Assembly: GCA_010093705.1 (NCBI GenBank)
Contig: MU006124.1
Span: 1 to 64,000 of the forward strand
Direction: 5' to 3'
Length of the DNA stretch: 64,000 bases
DNA from: Patellaria atrata CBS 101060
Lineage: Eukaryota
Positions 36,501 to 52,234 of this stretch are shown here, in pieces. How positions within the stretch are numbered: position 1 is the stretch's first letter; each line of letters opens with the position of its first letter. The position numbers and the translations under genes were made by a program. Below the pieces are notes generated by a model. That model ran no database searches. It saw nothing but the letters and a program-made list of their open reading frames with translations, and was not told the origin of the DNA.

Positions 36501-39500
36501 TTTATAAAAAGCTATTTAAGAAGTATTATTATTTAATCTATATATTCTTAAAATTTATATTAGATAAATTACTACTATTTAGAGAAAATATAAATTATAA
36601 TATAATATTAAATTAAGATAATAATCTCACTATTAATCTTTTATATAATATATCTATTAAGTATTTATAATTAGCGAAAAACTATTTAGAAAAGTATTTT
36701 TAAAAGAAGTTTATTATTTTAAACGAAGTATTATATATAACTTTAGTGTTATTCGTTAAGAAGTTAGAAGATAATTAAAGATTTTATATTAACTATTAAA
36801 AGTTAAATAGTATTATAAAAAAGGATAAATACCTATTACTATTAATTAAAGAGATATTAATATAATTATAACGAGTTAAAATCTTTATTAGATTAAATAT
36901 AAAATAAATATTCTATTAAATTTAAATAAAAGAGATAATTAAAGATCTTACTATATTTTAAATAAAATATAGATTATTTAAATATAAAATATTACTATTT
37001 AAATTATATAATAAATCGACTTTATTTTAATAATTTATTAATAAAGTACTCTTTAATTACTTAAATAACTTTTATATAATATATATCGATAATATCTTAA
37101 TCTACTTTATATACCTATTAAAATATAAGATTCACGTCACTAAAATATTAAAAGTATTAATAAAAGCCGGTTTATAAGCTAATATAAAAAAGAGTAAATT
37201 CTATATAATAAAAACTAAATTTCTAGGATTTATTATTAATATTAATAGAATAGTAATAGACCTAAAAAAGACTAAAATAATTTAAAATTAAAAGCTATTT
37301 ATAAATATAAAAGATATTCTATTATTTAATAAATTTTATAATTTCTATTAAAAGTTTCTTAAGAAGTTTAGTTAGGTAATATAATTATTAATAGTTTAAA
37401 TCTAAAAAGAAGTATAATAACCGCTCGGATTAAAAGAAGAAGAAGTATTTAAAAAAGTTAAAAAACTAATTTTATTAAATTAAATATTAGTATATTATAA
37501 TTCTTTACTTAAAATAAAAGTCGAATTTAACTATAGTAATAAAGTTATTATAATAATTTTATCTTAACTTTACGGAAAGATTTAGAGACCGGTTATCTTT
37601 TAAATAAAAACGTTATTAGAAATGGAATTAAGATATAAAATTTATAATAAAGAGATATTAATTATAATAAAAGTATTAACTAAATAGAGAAATATATTAA
37701 TAAAATTATAGTAAGTTTTATTTACTATAATTATTAATTATAAAGTATTAAAATACTTTATTATAAAATAATTATTTAATACTTAATAAACTTAATAAAG
37801 TAAAACTTTATCTAATTTCTACTTCTAAATTATATACCGGCCCGGAGTCTAGAATATTATCGTGAATATATTTTTATATAAGTAAGAGGACCTAAAGACG
37901 GTAAAAAATAAAGATATTATAATATAAATTTAAATATTAATCGATTTAAATATAATAGTAGTATCTCTTTAATTCTTTATAAAATAATAACTATTATTTA
38001 AAAAGATATTTTAGAATAATAGATAATATATAATCTTTAAAGAAGAAAAGAAGGTTAGATTTTAAAAAAAAGAAAAAAAGAATATACTTATAAATTTAAA
38101 GTAATATATCTAAAATAAACTTAATCGGAACTAGAAACTATTAATAATATATTTATTAATAGACTAGATTTTAGAAGTAAATAAGAAATATAACTCTCTA
38201 TTAATATATTAAAAGTAAATTAAAGTTAAGAAGAGATATTAAAAATTATAAAATAGCTTATTTATTAAATTTAATAGGTTTATAATTTTAAATATAAATA
38301 ATCTTAAAATATATTTAATATAAAATATATATAATACGTTAATTATAAGATATCTAGAAATAAAAAAAATAAGAAAGTTAATTTAAGTATAATATTATTA
38401 GTCTAACTTAATAGCTAATATAAAAAGATATATTCGAAACTATTATACTTATCGCTAAATATATATATTAAGAGATAAAATCTCTAATTTACTAAAATTA
38501 CTACTAATAAAAGATAAATATTAATAATATATCTCTTTTAACTTTAAATTATTCTTTAAAGATATATATAGTTTCGAAATAATATTTATAATAATAGATT
38601 AATTAGAAAAGAAAGTAATTTTATTTCTTTATATTAAAGATATTTTAGCTAAGATAGTTATAAAGCTATATTATAAATATATATAACGAATATATAGTAT
38701 ATTAAAAACGGTGATATTAGATTATAATCTATAATTTATATTTATATTTATAAATAAACTTTATAAACTAATAAAAATAAAATAAAAACTATTTATAATC
38801 TATTACTTATAAATAAATAAAGAAATAGAGATTATTAATTAATATATAAATTTATAACTTTAATTCTTTATAAATTATTATTAAAGTAATTAGTTAAAAT
38901 TATTATTTATAATAAATTTTATCTAAATTATATTAATTTATAAATTAATAGATATTTTTTTTTATAAATTAGAATTTAGTTATTAATTATAAATATATTT
39001 TAATTAATAAGAGTAAATAAAGTTTAATATATATAAAATAATTTAAGAAAAGATAAATAGAGAGAAAGCTTAATTATTCACGAAATATATTTACGATATT
39101 ATTAAATAGGTGAGAAATAATCTAGAAAAGATATAAATAATATAGATAAAATTAGCTAATAAGTATTAAAGAGAACTAGATTTTAAATTAAAAGACTATA
39201 TTTTTATCTTATATAAAGATTAAATATTAAATAGATTAAATATTAAATTAGACTATTAAAATATAAATTTATATAAAATAATAAAAATAAAAAGATATTT
39301 TTATATAATTAACTTATCTATTAATATAAAGATATTAAATATATTCTATATAAATAGACTTTATAAAATATCGATAAATCTATTATTTAGATAATAGTTA
39401 GAATTACTATCGTCGATTAAAATAGATAGTAAATCTAAATATAAAGTAAATAAAATTCTAATAAATTATATCTTTTATAGTAAATTATAGTATAAAGTAA

Positions 39501-40070
39501 GTTAAATTAAATATAATTTTAATAAAATATAGTATCTAGTTTATAATTTTATTAAAATATTATATAAACTCGAAGAATTTTATAATTAAAGATTAATTAA
39601 TATTAGATTATTAATCTAACTTAAAAAATAGCTTTAAATCTTTAAATCTAAGATAAAAGTAAAATTATATAATAATAATAATATAGCTAAAAAGAAAGAA
39701 TCTATATAAATTTTAAGATATTATAAATAGATAATAAATTAAGTTATAAAATACTATTAATATTATTATAAAAATTAAGGCTAATTTCTACTATTAAAAA
39801 GAGGATAATATAATAATTTATTATAATACTAGTCTTATTTCTATATTTAATAAGTTTATATAAGATTTTAACCGGCTTAAATATAGAAGAGATTTTATAG
39901 CTATAATTAGTTAAACGAAAAATAGTCGGATTAAAACTTAATAAAATAGAATTATTATAAGTAAATATTTAATTTATAATATAATTATTTTTTAACTTAA
40001 TCTCTATACTTAATAATTAATAATAAAGATAATTAAAATATAATTATTATAGTTATACTATATTATTATA
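33591..40070 (+). mobile_element. Full-length RIP-degraded Gypsy family-B element (B1)
   Basis: 262-bp LTRs 33591-33852 and 39809-40070. Perfect TSD CTTTA. PPT before 39809. RT YID(D)ILIY at 37082. Degraded chromodomain ~39435-39540. Confidence 0.93.
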
Positions 40071-40743
40071 CTTTATATATTTAATAAAGTTTAATAGCTT
40101 AATCTATTAATATTTTAATTATAAAGGAAAATTAAAAAGTTTATATTTTATATAAAGAAAATTATTAAAAAACTATTTTTTTTTTCTTTTTATTATTTAT
40201 TTTTTATTTTTAATTTTATATTATATATTTTATTATTTTTTATAAACTTTATATTTTCATTTTATTTATATCTTTTATATATATTAATTATTTAATAATA
40301 AAGATTTAAGTTTTTATTATATATTTAAATAATATTTATTTATTTAATTTTATATAAAAAATTTTATTATTATTAACTTTAATTTTAATTATTTTCTTAT
40401 TTCTTTATATTCTTTTAAATAGTTTATATAATATAAGATAAAATATATTAATATTTAAAATAATTAATAATTTTTAAAGTATTTTTTTTTTTTATCTTTT
40501 TTAATTATTTTAAAATAAAATTTAAAGAATTTAATATTAATTTTAAATTAAAAATAAATTATTTAAATCTTTTTTTAAATATTAAATTTAAATATATTAA
40601 GTAAAAAGTATATATAATTTTTATAAATATATATATAATATTTATTTTATATTATATTTAATTAAATATTTAATTAAATATATATATTATTTTTTTTAAT
40701 TTTCTTTAAATTAAATACTTTAATTTATATTTTTCTTTATTTT

Positions 40744-41140
40744 TATAATAATATATTATAATATTAATTTTATATTTTCTATATTAAATATTTAGTTTAT
40801 TTATAAAAAATTTTTATTAAATTAAATATAGAAAAAATCTTTAAATATTAATTAATTAAATAGAAAATAATTAAATTAAAATTTAATAAAATAAAACTAT
40901 TATATATAAATATTTAATTTATAATATTATTATTTTTTAATTTAATCTTTATATTTAATACTTAATAATAAAGATAATTAAAATATAATTATTATAATTA
41001 TATTATATTATTATATTAAATTAAATTTATCTTTTATAATCTTTTAAAAAAGCGATAAAATATTCTAATTAAAATATAATATTAATTTTATAGATAAATA
41101 ATTATCGAATTAATTAAAATTAATAAATTAATAAATTTTA
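40744..41140 (+). mobile_element. Family-B LTR (40744-41015) with a short stub of internal sequence
   Basis: 272-bp match to the other B LTRs, followed by ~125 bp of B leader. Confidence 0.75.
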
Positions 41141-42663
41141 TTAATTAATAAAAAGAGATTATTATTTTAAATAATAATAATTAATAATTAATAAAATTAT
41201 TTATATTAATAATAATTTTAATAATAAATTAAAAGTAAATATTATAAATAATTATTTAAAAATAATTAATAATTATTAAAAAGATAATAAAGAAAAAGAT
41301 TTAAAGAATAAATAATTATTAAAAATTAAAAAAAATAAAAGATTCTTTTAATTAAAATAATATAAAAAAAACTTTTTTATAAATTTATTAAAATTATATT
41401 ATATTATTAAAGTAAAATTATAATTTAATTTAAAAGTATTTATTATATTTTATTAATTAATAAATATAATTAAAAAGATTATTATAATAATATATTATAA
41501 TATTAATTCTATATTTTTTATATTAAATATTTAATTTATTTATAAAAGATTTTTATTAAATTAAATATAGAAAAAATTTTTAAATATTAATTAATTAAAT
41601 AGAAAATAATTAAATTAAAACTTAATAAAATAAAATTATTATATATAAATATTTAATTTATAATATTATTATTTCTTAATTTAATCTTTATATTTAATAG
41701 TTAATAATAAAGATAATTAAAATATAATTATTATAATTATATTATATTATTATACTAAATTAAGTTCTCTTTTAATAGTTTTTAAAAAGACGATATAATA
41801 TTTTAATTAAAGTATAATATTAGTTTAATTAATAAATAATTATTAGATTAATTAAAAATTTATAAATAATTAAATTTTATTAATAATAAAATATTTAATA
41901 TTTAAAAGTATTAATATTAATAATAATAATAATCTAATATTTAAAAGAGATTAAAACTAATAAATATAAATTATTTAAAAAAATAAATATTATAATAAAT
42001 TAAATAAAATAATTAAATCTTTAATAATTTTAATAAAATAAATAAATAATAAGTTAACTATAAATTTAAAAGTAAAAAGTAATATTAAATTAAAAAGAAA
42101 AGAAAAAATATATTAATATAAATTAATATTAAAAATAGTTAACTAAAAAATTATTAATAATATTTTAGAAATAGATTTATAGAATCTATTAAAAGAAATT
42201 CTTATAATAATAGAAAAAAAAAAGTCTTTTAAATATACTATTATTATAAATAATTAAAATATTAATATAATTAATAAAATAAAGAAATAAATAATTAAAA
42301 GTTTAAATTAATTTATAATAAAATACTTTTATATAAAAGTAAAACTTATAATTTAAGAGATATAATTTAGAAAGATAAAAAATCTTATTAATAAAATAAT
42401 ATTTAATTTATAATTAAAGCTATAAATATATTAAATAAATAAAGAAGTTATAAAATATTTTTAAAATAAAATTAATAATTTAAAAAGATAGATTAAATAG
42501 TTTAAACTAAATTAAAAAAATATTCGATTTAATAATAAATTTAATAATAAAGAATTATTAATATTATATAATTATAATAATTAAATTAAAATAGTCGATT
42601 TAACTAAAAACTTTAGAAATAAAGATAATAATAAAATAAAAAAATTCTTTAATTTATTAAAAT

Positions 42664-42935
42664 TATAATAATATAATATAATTATAATAATTATATTTTA
42701 ATTATCTCTATTATTAACTATTAAATATAAAGATTAAATTAAAGAATAATAATATTATAAATTAAATATTTATATATAATAATTTTATTTTATTAAATTT
42801 TAGTTTAATTATCTTTTATTTAATTAATTAATAATTAAAGATCTTTTTTATATTTAATTTAATAAAAATCTTTTATAAATAAATTAAATATTTAATATAA
42901 AAAATATAGAATTAATATTATAATATATTATTATA
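42664..42935 (-). mobile_element. Family-B solo LTR inserted in B2
   Basis: 272-bp reverse-complement LTR with TSD AAAAT/AGAAT. Confidence 0.85.
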
Positions 42936-44159
42936 AGAATTAACTAATAATAAGAAATTAATTTATAAAAAATAAAATAAATAAAATAAATAATAAACTT
43001 TATATTAATAATAATTAATTTTAAGATAAAAGAATAAAAATTATTTATATTAAAATATAAATTAATAGTAAAATAGTTAAATATATATACTTTTTCTTAA
43101 AATTAAAGAAGAATAATATAATTTTAATAAAGTTAATAAGATTTTTAAACTAGATTTATAAGAATTTAAATAAATAATTAAAAGTTAAAAATAAATTAAA
43201 AAAGTTAAGATAAAATTATTTAATAAACTTTTTAAAGTTTTAATCTATATTTATTTAGCTAATTAATAAAACTAGATTATTATATAATTAATAAAAAGAG
43301 AAACTTTATAATAAACTCTATAATAATTTAAGACTAATAATAATAGAAATTATAAATAATAATAAAATTAACTTCTAAAAATATTATAATAAAGTTATAA
43401 TATAGATATAAAAGTTAGAAAAATTAGATAAAACTAATAAAACTTATAAAAAAAGTTAAAAATATAATAAATTAATTAAAATAATTTCTATTTTAATAAT
43501 AATAAATAGAATTTTATATTAATTAAAAAATAAAGAAATTATTTTATCTATAATATTATAAATAATAAAGTAAATTATAATTATTTAAAAGTTTATAAAT
43601 AACTATTTTAATTATAATAAAGTTAAATATAAAGTATTAAAATATTAAAAATTAAAGAAAATAATTAAAATAAAGTTAATTTAAAAAAATAAATATTAAA
43701 GTTTAAAATTTAATTTAAGATTAAATTTAGAAAATAAGAAACTTTAAATAAAGACTTTATATTAAAGTTAATAATAGAAGTATTAATAATATTAATTAAT
43801 AATTTAGTATTAGAAAAGCTATTTATAATATTATATTAAATTTTAAAGAATAAAATTATAATATAATTTAAAGTCTTAATTAATATTAAAACTTAAAAGT
43901 ATATTTTATTAAATAAAAGATAATTATCTATTTTAAAATAATATCTTAAAATTAAAGTTAAAAAGATAGATTAAAAGATTAAAATTAATATTTTTAATAA
44001 TTTAAAGATAATATTAATTAATTAAATACTTAAAATAAGCTTTATAATTAAAGAATAAAGATAATTAATATTAATTATAATAATAGATATAAACTATAAT
44101 AATATATTTATAAGTAAAAAATAATTCTTTAAAATTAATAATTTATTTAATTATAAATA

Positions 44160-47100
44160 TATTATAGCTATAAGTTATAGGAATATATAGATAACGAGTA
44201 AGGGGAAGAAAGGAACACCACTTAGGAGAACTATAGATAAAACGAGTAATAGCGAGTCACGTGATTTGGATATTTAGACGTTTAGACGTTTTAGTCGTAG
44301 AAAACGACTAAACGACTAAACGACTAGAGCGACTAGAGTATAAGTAACTAAATTAACTATAAAGGATAAAAATATTTAAGGATAGTCTTTCTCTTATATA
44401 TTTAGATTTTTCGTAGTTATTCTTACTATTAATCTTACCTATAGATTTAGATATTATAGTTTTAAACTTAACTTCACTTATTACACTATTTCTATATAGT
44501 ACGTCTTATCTTATTATAAGTATTACCCGAAGTTAAGGAGTTAGTAAGTTATATCGTTAACTTAAAATATCTTTTATTATATATATCCTATTACTTTACT
44601 AAACCTATCTTTATAGTTAACCACGTTAAGTGAGAAGCTAGGCGCGTTTCTAGACTTATCTAGTTCCGTCTTAATAAGTATAGACTCCTATTATAATATT
44701 ATAACTACTATATAGTAGGAAAGCGTATAATAGACTTAGACACGATATCGTTAACCGTAGCTAATACGAAGACGGATAAAGAATATATTTAAGCGTTATA
44801 TAAACGTATTAGCGAACTCGAAAATAAAGGGATAGTTTAAGAACTTAGGGACTAGCTCAAACAACTTACTATATAGTTACTCTCACTATAAAAGCGAACC
44901 GCGAAAGTAAAAGAACCTATATTATATAATAGTAAACGAGATAAGCTAAGAGGATTCTTAATCTAGGTAAAGATCTATTATAAAAGAATAGAGCTAATAG
45001 ACGATAGTGAATATATACTCGATATATTAATATACCTTAAAGGAGACGCGTTAGAATGGTTTAAATCCATTATACGAGACTATCTTAAGAATAGTGAAGA
45101 ATAATAGGAAGACGAAATAGTGGAGATCTTTAAGTCGTTTCTAAAGTTCGAAGAAACGCTTAAGAACGTCTTTAAGGAAGTCGATAAATAATAGATAATA
45201 AAAAGAAAGCTTTAAGAATTTAGGTAAAAAGGGTTAACTTTAAAGTATACGACTATATTCTAGTAGGTAGTATTAATATTAGGTTAGCCTAATAAACCAC
45301 TAATAATCGCTTTCTATTAAGGTTTAAAGGAAGAAGTAAAGGACGAGTGGGTTTATTATAAGAGACTAATAATAATATAGGATATAGTGACTTTAGTAGT
45401 TAGAATAGATAATAGGTTATATAAGCGTAAATAGGAAAAGAAAGAACGGAAGAATATTATAGTTAGATATAGAAAGAAGGTAATAAGGGCCACGAATAGA
45501 TAAGATTAGGGAGATCCGATAAATCTCGACCGACTATAATAAATAAAATAAAAGAAGTTAAAGAAATAATAATAGTTTATCTAAGAAGAAAAAGAGCGCT
45601 TTATAAATAAAGTATATCTATAATATAGAGAAGTGGGATATTTTAAGAAAGACTATCTATAGAAGACGTAACTATCCTCGCGATATAATTAACGTATATA
45701 ACTTAGAGTTATACACCTAACACCACTATCACTAGTCTCATCGCTCGAAGAAGAAGAGATTAAGGAAATACCGCTACCCTACTAGATAGGGGTGAGTAGG
45801 CTATTAACGCCGTTTCTAATAGTAGGAAACTAGCTAAAGGAGGAAACACTCCGATAATATCTAGATAACTAATAATATTAGGCGTGTGGAAACGTATATA
45901 TATATATAGTATTAGAATGCCTAGTATAAAACTAGGGTTAGAGGATTAAAGTATAAATATCTAACGGACTAAGCCTTATATACCGGATTATAGAATAATA
46001 ACGTTAGCTTAAATAAGAATTCTAAGATTAGGAACCGATCGAACCCGAATCTAGTACCGACGCGATCGTCGAAGAATAATAATCGAACCTTACACCGAGA
46101 GTAGAAGACTATTTAGCCTTTCGATAGATATAATATAAAGAGGATAACTACTTATACTATAAATAGTAAAAGGCTATAGCGAAGTTTAGGGATTAAGACC
46201 CTATTTATATACACTTACCTAAAGGCGAATACTAGGTGAAAGGATATAAAATCCACGAAGATAAAATAAGAAAAATTGAAAAGAATTAAGAACTCGAACC
46301 ACTAATAGGCGATTATAGAAAGTACGATAGTTTCGACTACACGGATAAGTTTAGGTGTAGGCGACACTATTAAACACTAATCTATATAAAATATATAGTA
46401 ATAACGTGGAAAGACTACGAATATAGCACGGATTACTAGTACTATAAAGGATTAGAAGAAGAGTTCTATAAAGGAAAAGTATTCCCGTGGGAGATAAAAG
46501 TACTCTAAAACGATAAAGAAGTACCTAAACACGTTACTAAGTATAATATATAAGACTTCGGACAATATATAATAAGAGGTATATAGTATAACTATTATAT
46601 AGTATAGAGGTAGAGAGTAGGAATTAAAAGTAACCCTAATTATAACGTAGTTATTAAGAGAGAGTATTAAGAGCTCGAATACGAAGAACACCGTAAAGGC
46701 CCGTATTACGATAGACACGATAGACTATATTAGACTAAATGTATAGAACCCGGTTACCTAGCGTATAGCTATATAAAAAACTACTAAGCTACTCGAGATA
46801 GGAATAATTAAGAAGTATAGCTTCTAAGTTCCTTAAGACCCTATAAAGTAATAATAGAACACTTTAGGTAGACGTTACTATATATAGTAAGAGAACGATA
46901 GCGCTAGTTAATAGCGGCGCCACCGATTCGTTTATCTCACCCCGATAGATAGAAAAAAAGAGTATACCTTATATAAAACTTGAAAATCTAGTCCCGTTAC
47001 GACTAGGAAATAGCGAAGGAATAGGATATAGACGAGGTCTAATTAACTTTAAGACTATACTAGTAGAAGTTAACGTATAAAGGAAGGTAACTACTTAGCG

Positions 47101-50100
47101 TATCTCTATAACCGACCTAGGAGATATAGATATAATTCTAGGAATAGACTAGTTATAAATAGTGAACCTAGATATTAATTAAAAGACGAGAAGTATCTAG
47201 ATTAACCGAGACACCTTATAAAAGGATAGAGTTAAGCGAATAAGGCGTATTAAATAGACGGACGCTAGTATATCTATAGGACGTATTTCGCACTATAAGA
47301 TAATAAAGATCTATAGAAATAAACCTAAGAGCGTAAAAGTAGTATAGTTTAGGAAAGTAAACGTCGAGAAGATTTCCGAAGAACCTAAAATACCCGAAGA
47401 GTATAACGAGTTTAAAGATTTATTTAAAGAAGATATAGCGACTATACTTCTAAATCACTAGACGTGAGATTATAAAATAGTGCTAAAGAAGAGTATAAAA
47501 TTACGACCCGGTCTAATTTACCCGCTAATAAGAGAATAATATAAAGCACTTAAAGAATATATCCGCACTAACTTAGAAAAGGGATATATACGACCTAGCG
47601 AAAGCCCGATAGCTTCACCGATTCTATTTATACTAAAGAAGAATAGTAAGCTAAGATTATATATTAACTATAAATAGCTAAATAATATTATAGTTAAGAA
47701 TAAATACCTATTACCCCTAATCTTAAAAATCTAGGATAGGTTATAAGAAGTAAAATGGTTTACGAAATTCGATATCCGAGACGGTTACTATCGAATTAGA
47801 ATGAAAGAAGGCGAAGAATAGAAGATAGCTATAAGAACGAGGTTCGGACTATATAAATATATAGTAATACCGTTTAACTTAATTAACGCCCTAGTAACGT
47901 TCTAAGTAGTGATTAATTATATACTAAAAGAGTATTTAGACGTATTTATAACTACTTACCTAGATAATATACTAGTGTACACGAACGGAACACTCGAAGA
48001 GTATAGGGAGTATATAAAGAAAGTATTAGCGAAACTATAAGAAAAGAGACTCCTAATATATCTAGATAAGTGTAAATTCTATATTAAAGAAATAGAATTC
48101 TTAGGCTTTATTATTACCACTAAAGGTATACGAGTAGACCTAAAAAAGATAGCCGTAATCCAAGATTAGCTAATACCGAAAAACGTAAAAGATATATAAT
48201 CATTTTTAGGTTTCGTGAACTACTATAGAAAGTTTATCTAGAGGTACTTAAGGGTAATAACGTCGCTATTAGAATTAATAAAGAAGGAAAATACCTTCGT
48301 TTAGATAAAGAAGGTATAGAAAGTATTTAATAAACTTAAGAAGAAGTTCACTATAGTATCTATCTTAGTTATATTTAACCTAGAGAAATCGATAGTGCTA
48401 GAGACTAACGTATCTAATTATACACTAGGTGTATATATAAGTTAGCTAGATAAGAAAGAACGATTATATTTAATAGCCTTTTATTCGCGAAAGTTCACGG
48501 CCGTAGAGCTAAACTACGATATACACGATAAGGAATTATTAGCGATTATCGACGTATTCGAATAGTGGAGGTTATACCTTAAAGGACCTAAATACACTAT
48601 AAAAGTTTAGTTAGATCACTAAAACCTAATAAATTTCCTCACGATAAAGAAGTTAAATCGAAGATAAGTAAAGTGGGCGGAAATACTCGTATCCTTTAAC
48701 TTTAAAATATTTTATAGACTAAAAGTCGAAAATAAACTAGCCGATACTATAAGTAGAAGATCCGACTACCTAAAAGAAATAAAACCGGTATATAACACGG
48801 TATTAAAGAAAGAAAACGACGCGATCACCTATAATTAGCTAAGATTAGCTATAATACTAATAATCGAATCTATAAGAGAATAATAAATTCGTAATACCTA
48901 TTAGAAGGATAGTATAATAGAGGAGTTCTAAAGAGGTAACGATTTTAGGGCAATATAAATAGCTTAAGGAATATAGCTATATAACGGGCTCGTATACGTG
49001 CTAACGACACTACGAAAGACCCTTACTAAAGAGATCCACGAAGCACCAGCGTATAGTCACTAAGGTATTAATAAAACCTTAGAAAGGATCCTAAGAAATT
49101 ACTATTTCCCGGGGGTAAGAAGTATAGTGAAGTAAGTTATCTTAAAGTGTAATAACTACGTACGGAATAAGAGTGTAAAACACGTACCCTACGGATAAAT
49201 ATAATATATTAAGCCACTAAAGCGAGTATAGGACTTAATAATAATGGATTTTATTATAGGTCTACTAGGATCTAAAGATCTAATAATAGAAGTAGAGTAT
49301 AACGCGATATTAGTTATCGTGGAGCGACTAATAAAGTTCACCTACTTTATACTAGTAAAGATAACGATAATAGTATTATAAGTAGCAGTATTAATGATAA
49401 AAATAATACTAGTAAATCACTAAATATCGAGAGAGATTATCTTAAATAGAGATAAACTATTTAAATTAGCGTTTTAATAGATTCTAATATAGAGTTTAGG
49501 GATAAACTATAAGCTATTAACGAGCTTCTATCTATAAATAGATAGTTAAATTAAAAGAATAAATTAATCTCTAGAGTAATACTTACGTAATTATATAAAT
49601 TACTAGTAGAATAACTAGGTAGAGTTACTACTAATAGTATAATTCGTATATAATAGCGCGAAATCCGATACTATAAAGGTTTTACCCTTCTATACGAACT
49701 ATAGTTTCGAACTAGAAGTATATCGTGAGCCGAGAATAATTTAGAGTATTTTATAAGAAGTAGCGTTAAAAGTCGAGCAAATTAAGGAATTATATATATA
49801 ATTATCACGAGATATAGCTTTCTAGACGATAAGAGCTACGAAGTATAGTAACTAGTATAGATCGCTAGAACTAATCTTTAAAAGAGGGGATAAAGTTTAC
49901 TTATTATAAAAAAATCTTAAAACTAAAAGACCTAATAAGAAACTAGACTATAAGAAAATTAGCCCTTTTAAAATTAAATAGATTAAAGGAAAAGTTAATT
50001 ATAAGTTAAAATTACTATAAGAAATAAAGATATACCTAATTTTTTATATATCACTCCTAGAACTAGTATATATTAACGCTAAACTCTAAATACAATCTAT

Positions 50101-51482
50101 AGAATTCGAGGAAGAAGATATTTATAAGATAGAATAAATCTTAGACCTATAATAAGTAGATAGTTAGTATAAATACTTAATAAAATGAAAAGGCTATAAA
50201 TACGTAGATAATACGTGGGAACCACTTAAACACTTAACGAACTACGATTAAAAACTTAAATAGTTTTATCGCTAAAACTAGAGAATTCTAGACCCTCGAG
50301 GGTAGAAAAATCTAAACTAGACTAACTAGAAGAAGACACGATAGTAAAGGAAGAAAAAGCGACCGAGGAAGCTCGCTACCCTTTAGCTACTCGCTTTAAA
50401 GCCTTAAGTTCCTCGATAGAACTAAGCTTACGATAAGATATCTTAAATTCCTTCTCTTTAAGAGAACGAAGTTATTTATAAAGGCGATAAACGCGAGCGC
50501 GAGCGACCCTCACCTAAGCACTCGCCTAAATATAGACTTACTCCTCGTGATTAAGAGTAAGTTCTTTATCGTTTTTAGTAATAGTTAACTTAAAACGAGT
50601 TCGGGCTTTTAAAGTATCGAGCTTATCTTAATCCTTTTATATCACTATAAGATCGTATTTTAAACTATAAGCGAGACACTTAGAATAGAAACTAGAAGGA
50701 ATATCGATAATATAAAAATAAGAAAAATGACGATAAGCGGAATAGGGAGTCGGTATAGGACGACCGTGTAGAGTAATACGGGTAGCGTAACGTTAGTGAC
50801 GGACTAGACGGGGTTTAGCTTTTAGCATCTTGGAAGAAAGGAAAGAGAGGTATATATAACTTAATAAATAGGCGACACGTCTATTATATACCTAAGTAAA
50901 AGAAATAAACTCTTAAAATAAAAGTTAAGAAGGGAAAGGATAGTGTTACAGCTATAAGTTATAGAAATATATAGATAATAAGTAAGGGGAAGAAAGGAAC
51001 ACCACTCGGGAGAATTATAGATAAAACGAGTAATAGCGAGTCACGTGATTTAGACGTTTAGATATTTAGACGTTTTAGTCGTAGAAAACGACTAAACGAC
51101 CGAACGACTAAAGCGACTAGAGTATAGGTAATTAAATTAACTATAGAGGATAAAAATATTTAAAAACGATCTTTCCTTTATATATTTAGATTCTTTATAG
51201 TTATTCTTACTATTAATCTTACCTATAAATTTGGATATTACGGTTTTAAACTTAACTTTATTTATTACACTACTTCTATATAGTACGTCTTATCTTATTA
51301 TAAGTATTACCCGAAGTTAAGGAGTTAGTAAGTTATATCGCTAACTTAAAATACCTTTTATTATATATATTTTATCACTTTACTAAACTTACCTTTATAG
51401 TTAACTATATTAAGTGAGAAGCTAGACGTGTTTCTAGACTTATCTAGTTCCGTCTTAATAAGTATAGACTCCCGTTATAATA
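44160..51482 (+). mobile_element. Full-length RIP-degraded chromovirus, family A copy 2
   Basis: 539-bp LTRs 44160-44698 and 50944-51482 (the latter retains TGTTAC). TSD AAATA on both sides. PPT 50927-50943. Collinear with A1 at offset ~42230. Confidence 0.95.
50226..50828 (-). pseudogene. Antisense ORF3 of element A2 (Zn2Cys6-like + coiled coil)
   Basis: ATG retained at 50828-50826. Collinear with the A1 copy. Confidence 0.72.
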
Positions 51483-52234
51483 AAATATTATTAAATTATT
51501 TAATTAAAATAAACTATTATAATTAAAGATTAATAATAAAATATTATAATTTTAAAAAGTAAATTATAAATTTAAATTAATCTATAATATTAATTTAATA
51601 TAAAATAATTAAATAAAATTATTAATAAATAAAAATAAAATTAATAAAAAGTATTAATTTATTAAAAAAGAAAATTATAATTATTTTAATAGAAATAATT
51701 AAGTTTATAGACTAAAAATATTAACTTTAATCTTTAAAAAATAAAATTAAAACTATTAAATTTAATAAAAAGAAAAATATTAAAACTTTTTAAAAAGTTA
51801 AAGTTAAAACTAAATAAGTAAATTAATATTATTAGATTTATATAAATATTTACTTAATTAATAAAGAGAATTATCTATAAAATAAAAAATATAAATATAT
51901 TATTATAAATATTATAAATTTATATAAAATTAACTTTTTAATATAAAATTAATTTATAAAAGATAAAGACTTTTTAAATAAAGATAAAAATATTTATAAA
52001 ATAATAATTTATAAAAAACTATTTAAGAAATATTATTATTTAATTTATATATTCTTAAAATTTATATTAAATAAATTACTATTATTTAAAGAAGATATAA
52101 ACTATAATATAATATTAAATTAAAATAATAATTTTATTATTAATCTTTTATATAATATATTTATCGAATATTTATAATTAGTAAAAAATTATTTAAAGAA
52201 ATATTTTTAAAAGAAGTTTATTATTTTAAACGAG

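Noticed and set aside
46452..46718. 88-aa hydrophobic minus-strand ORF
   Set aside because: It is antisense to RIP-mutated gag, its I/Y/F/L bias reflects AT richness, and it has no recognisable motif.
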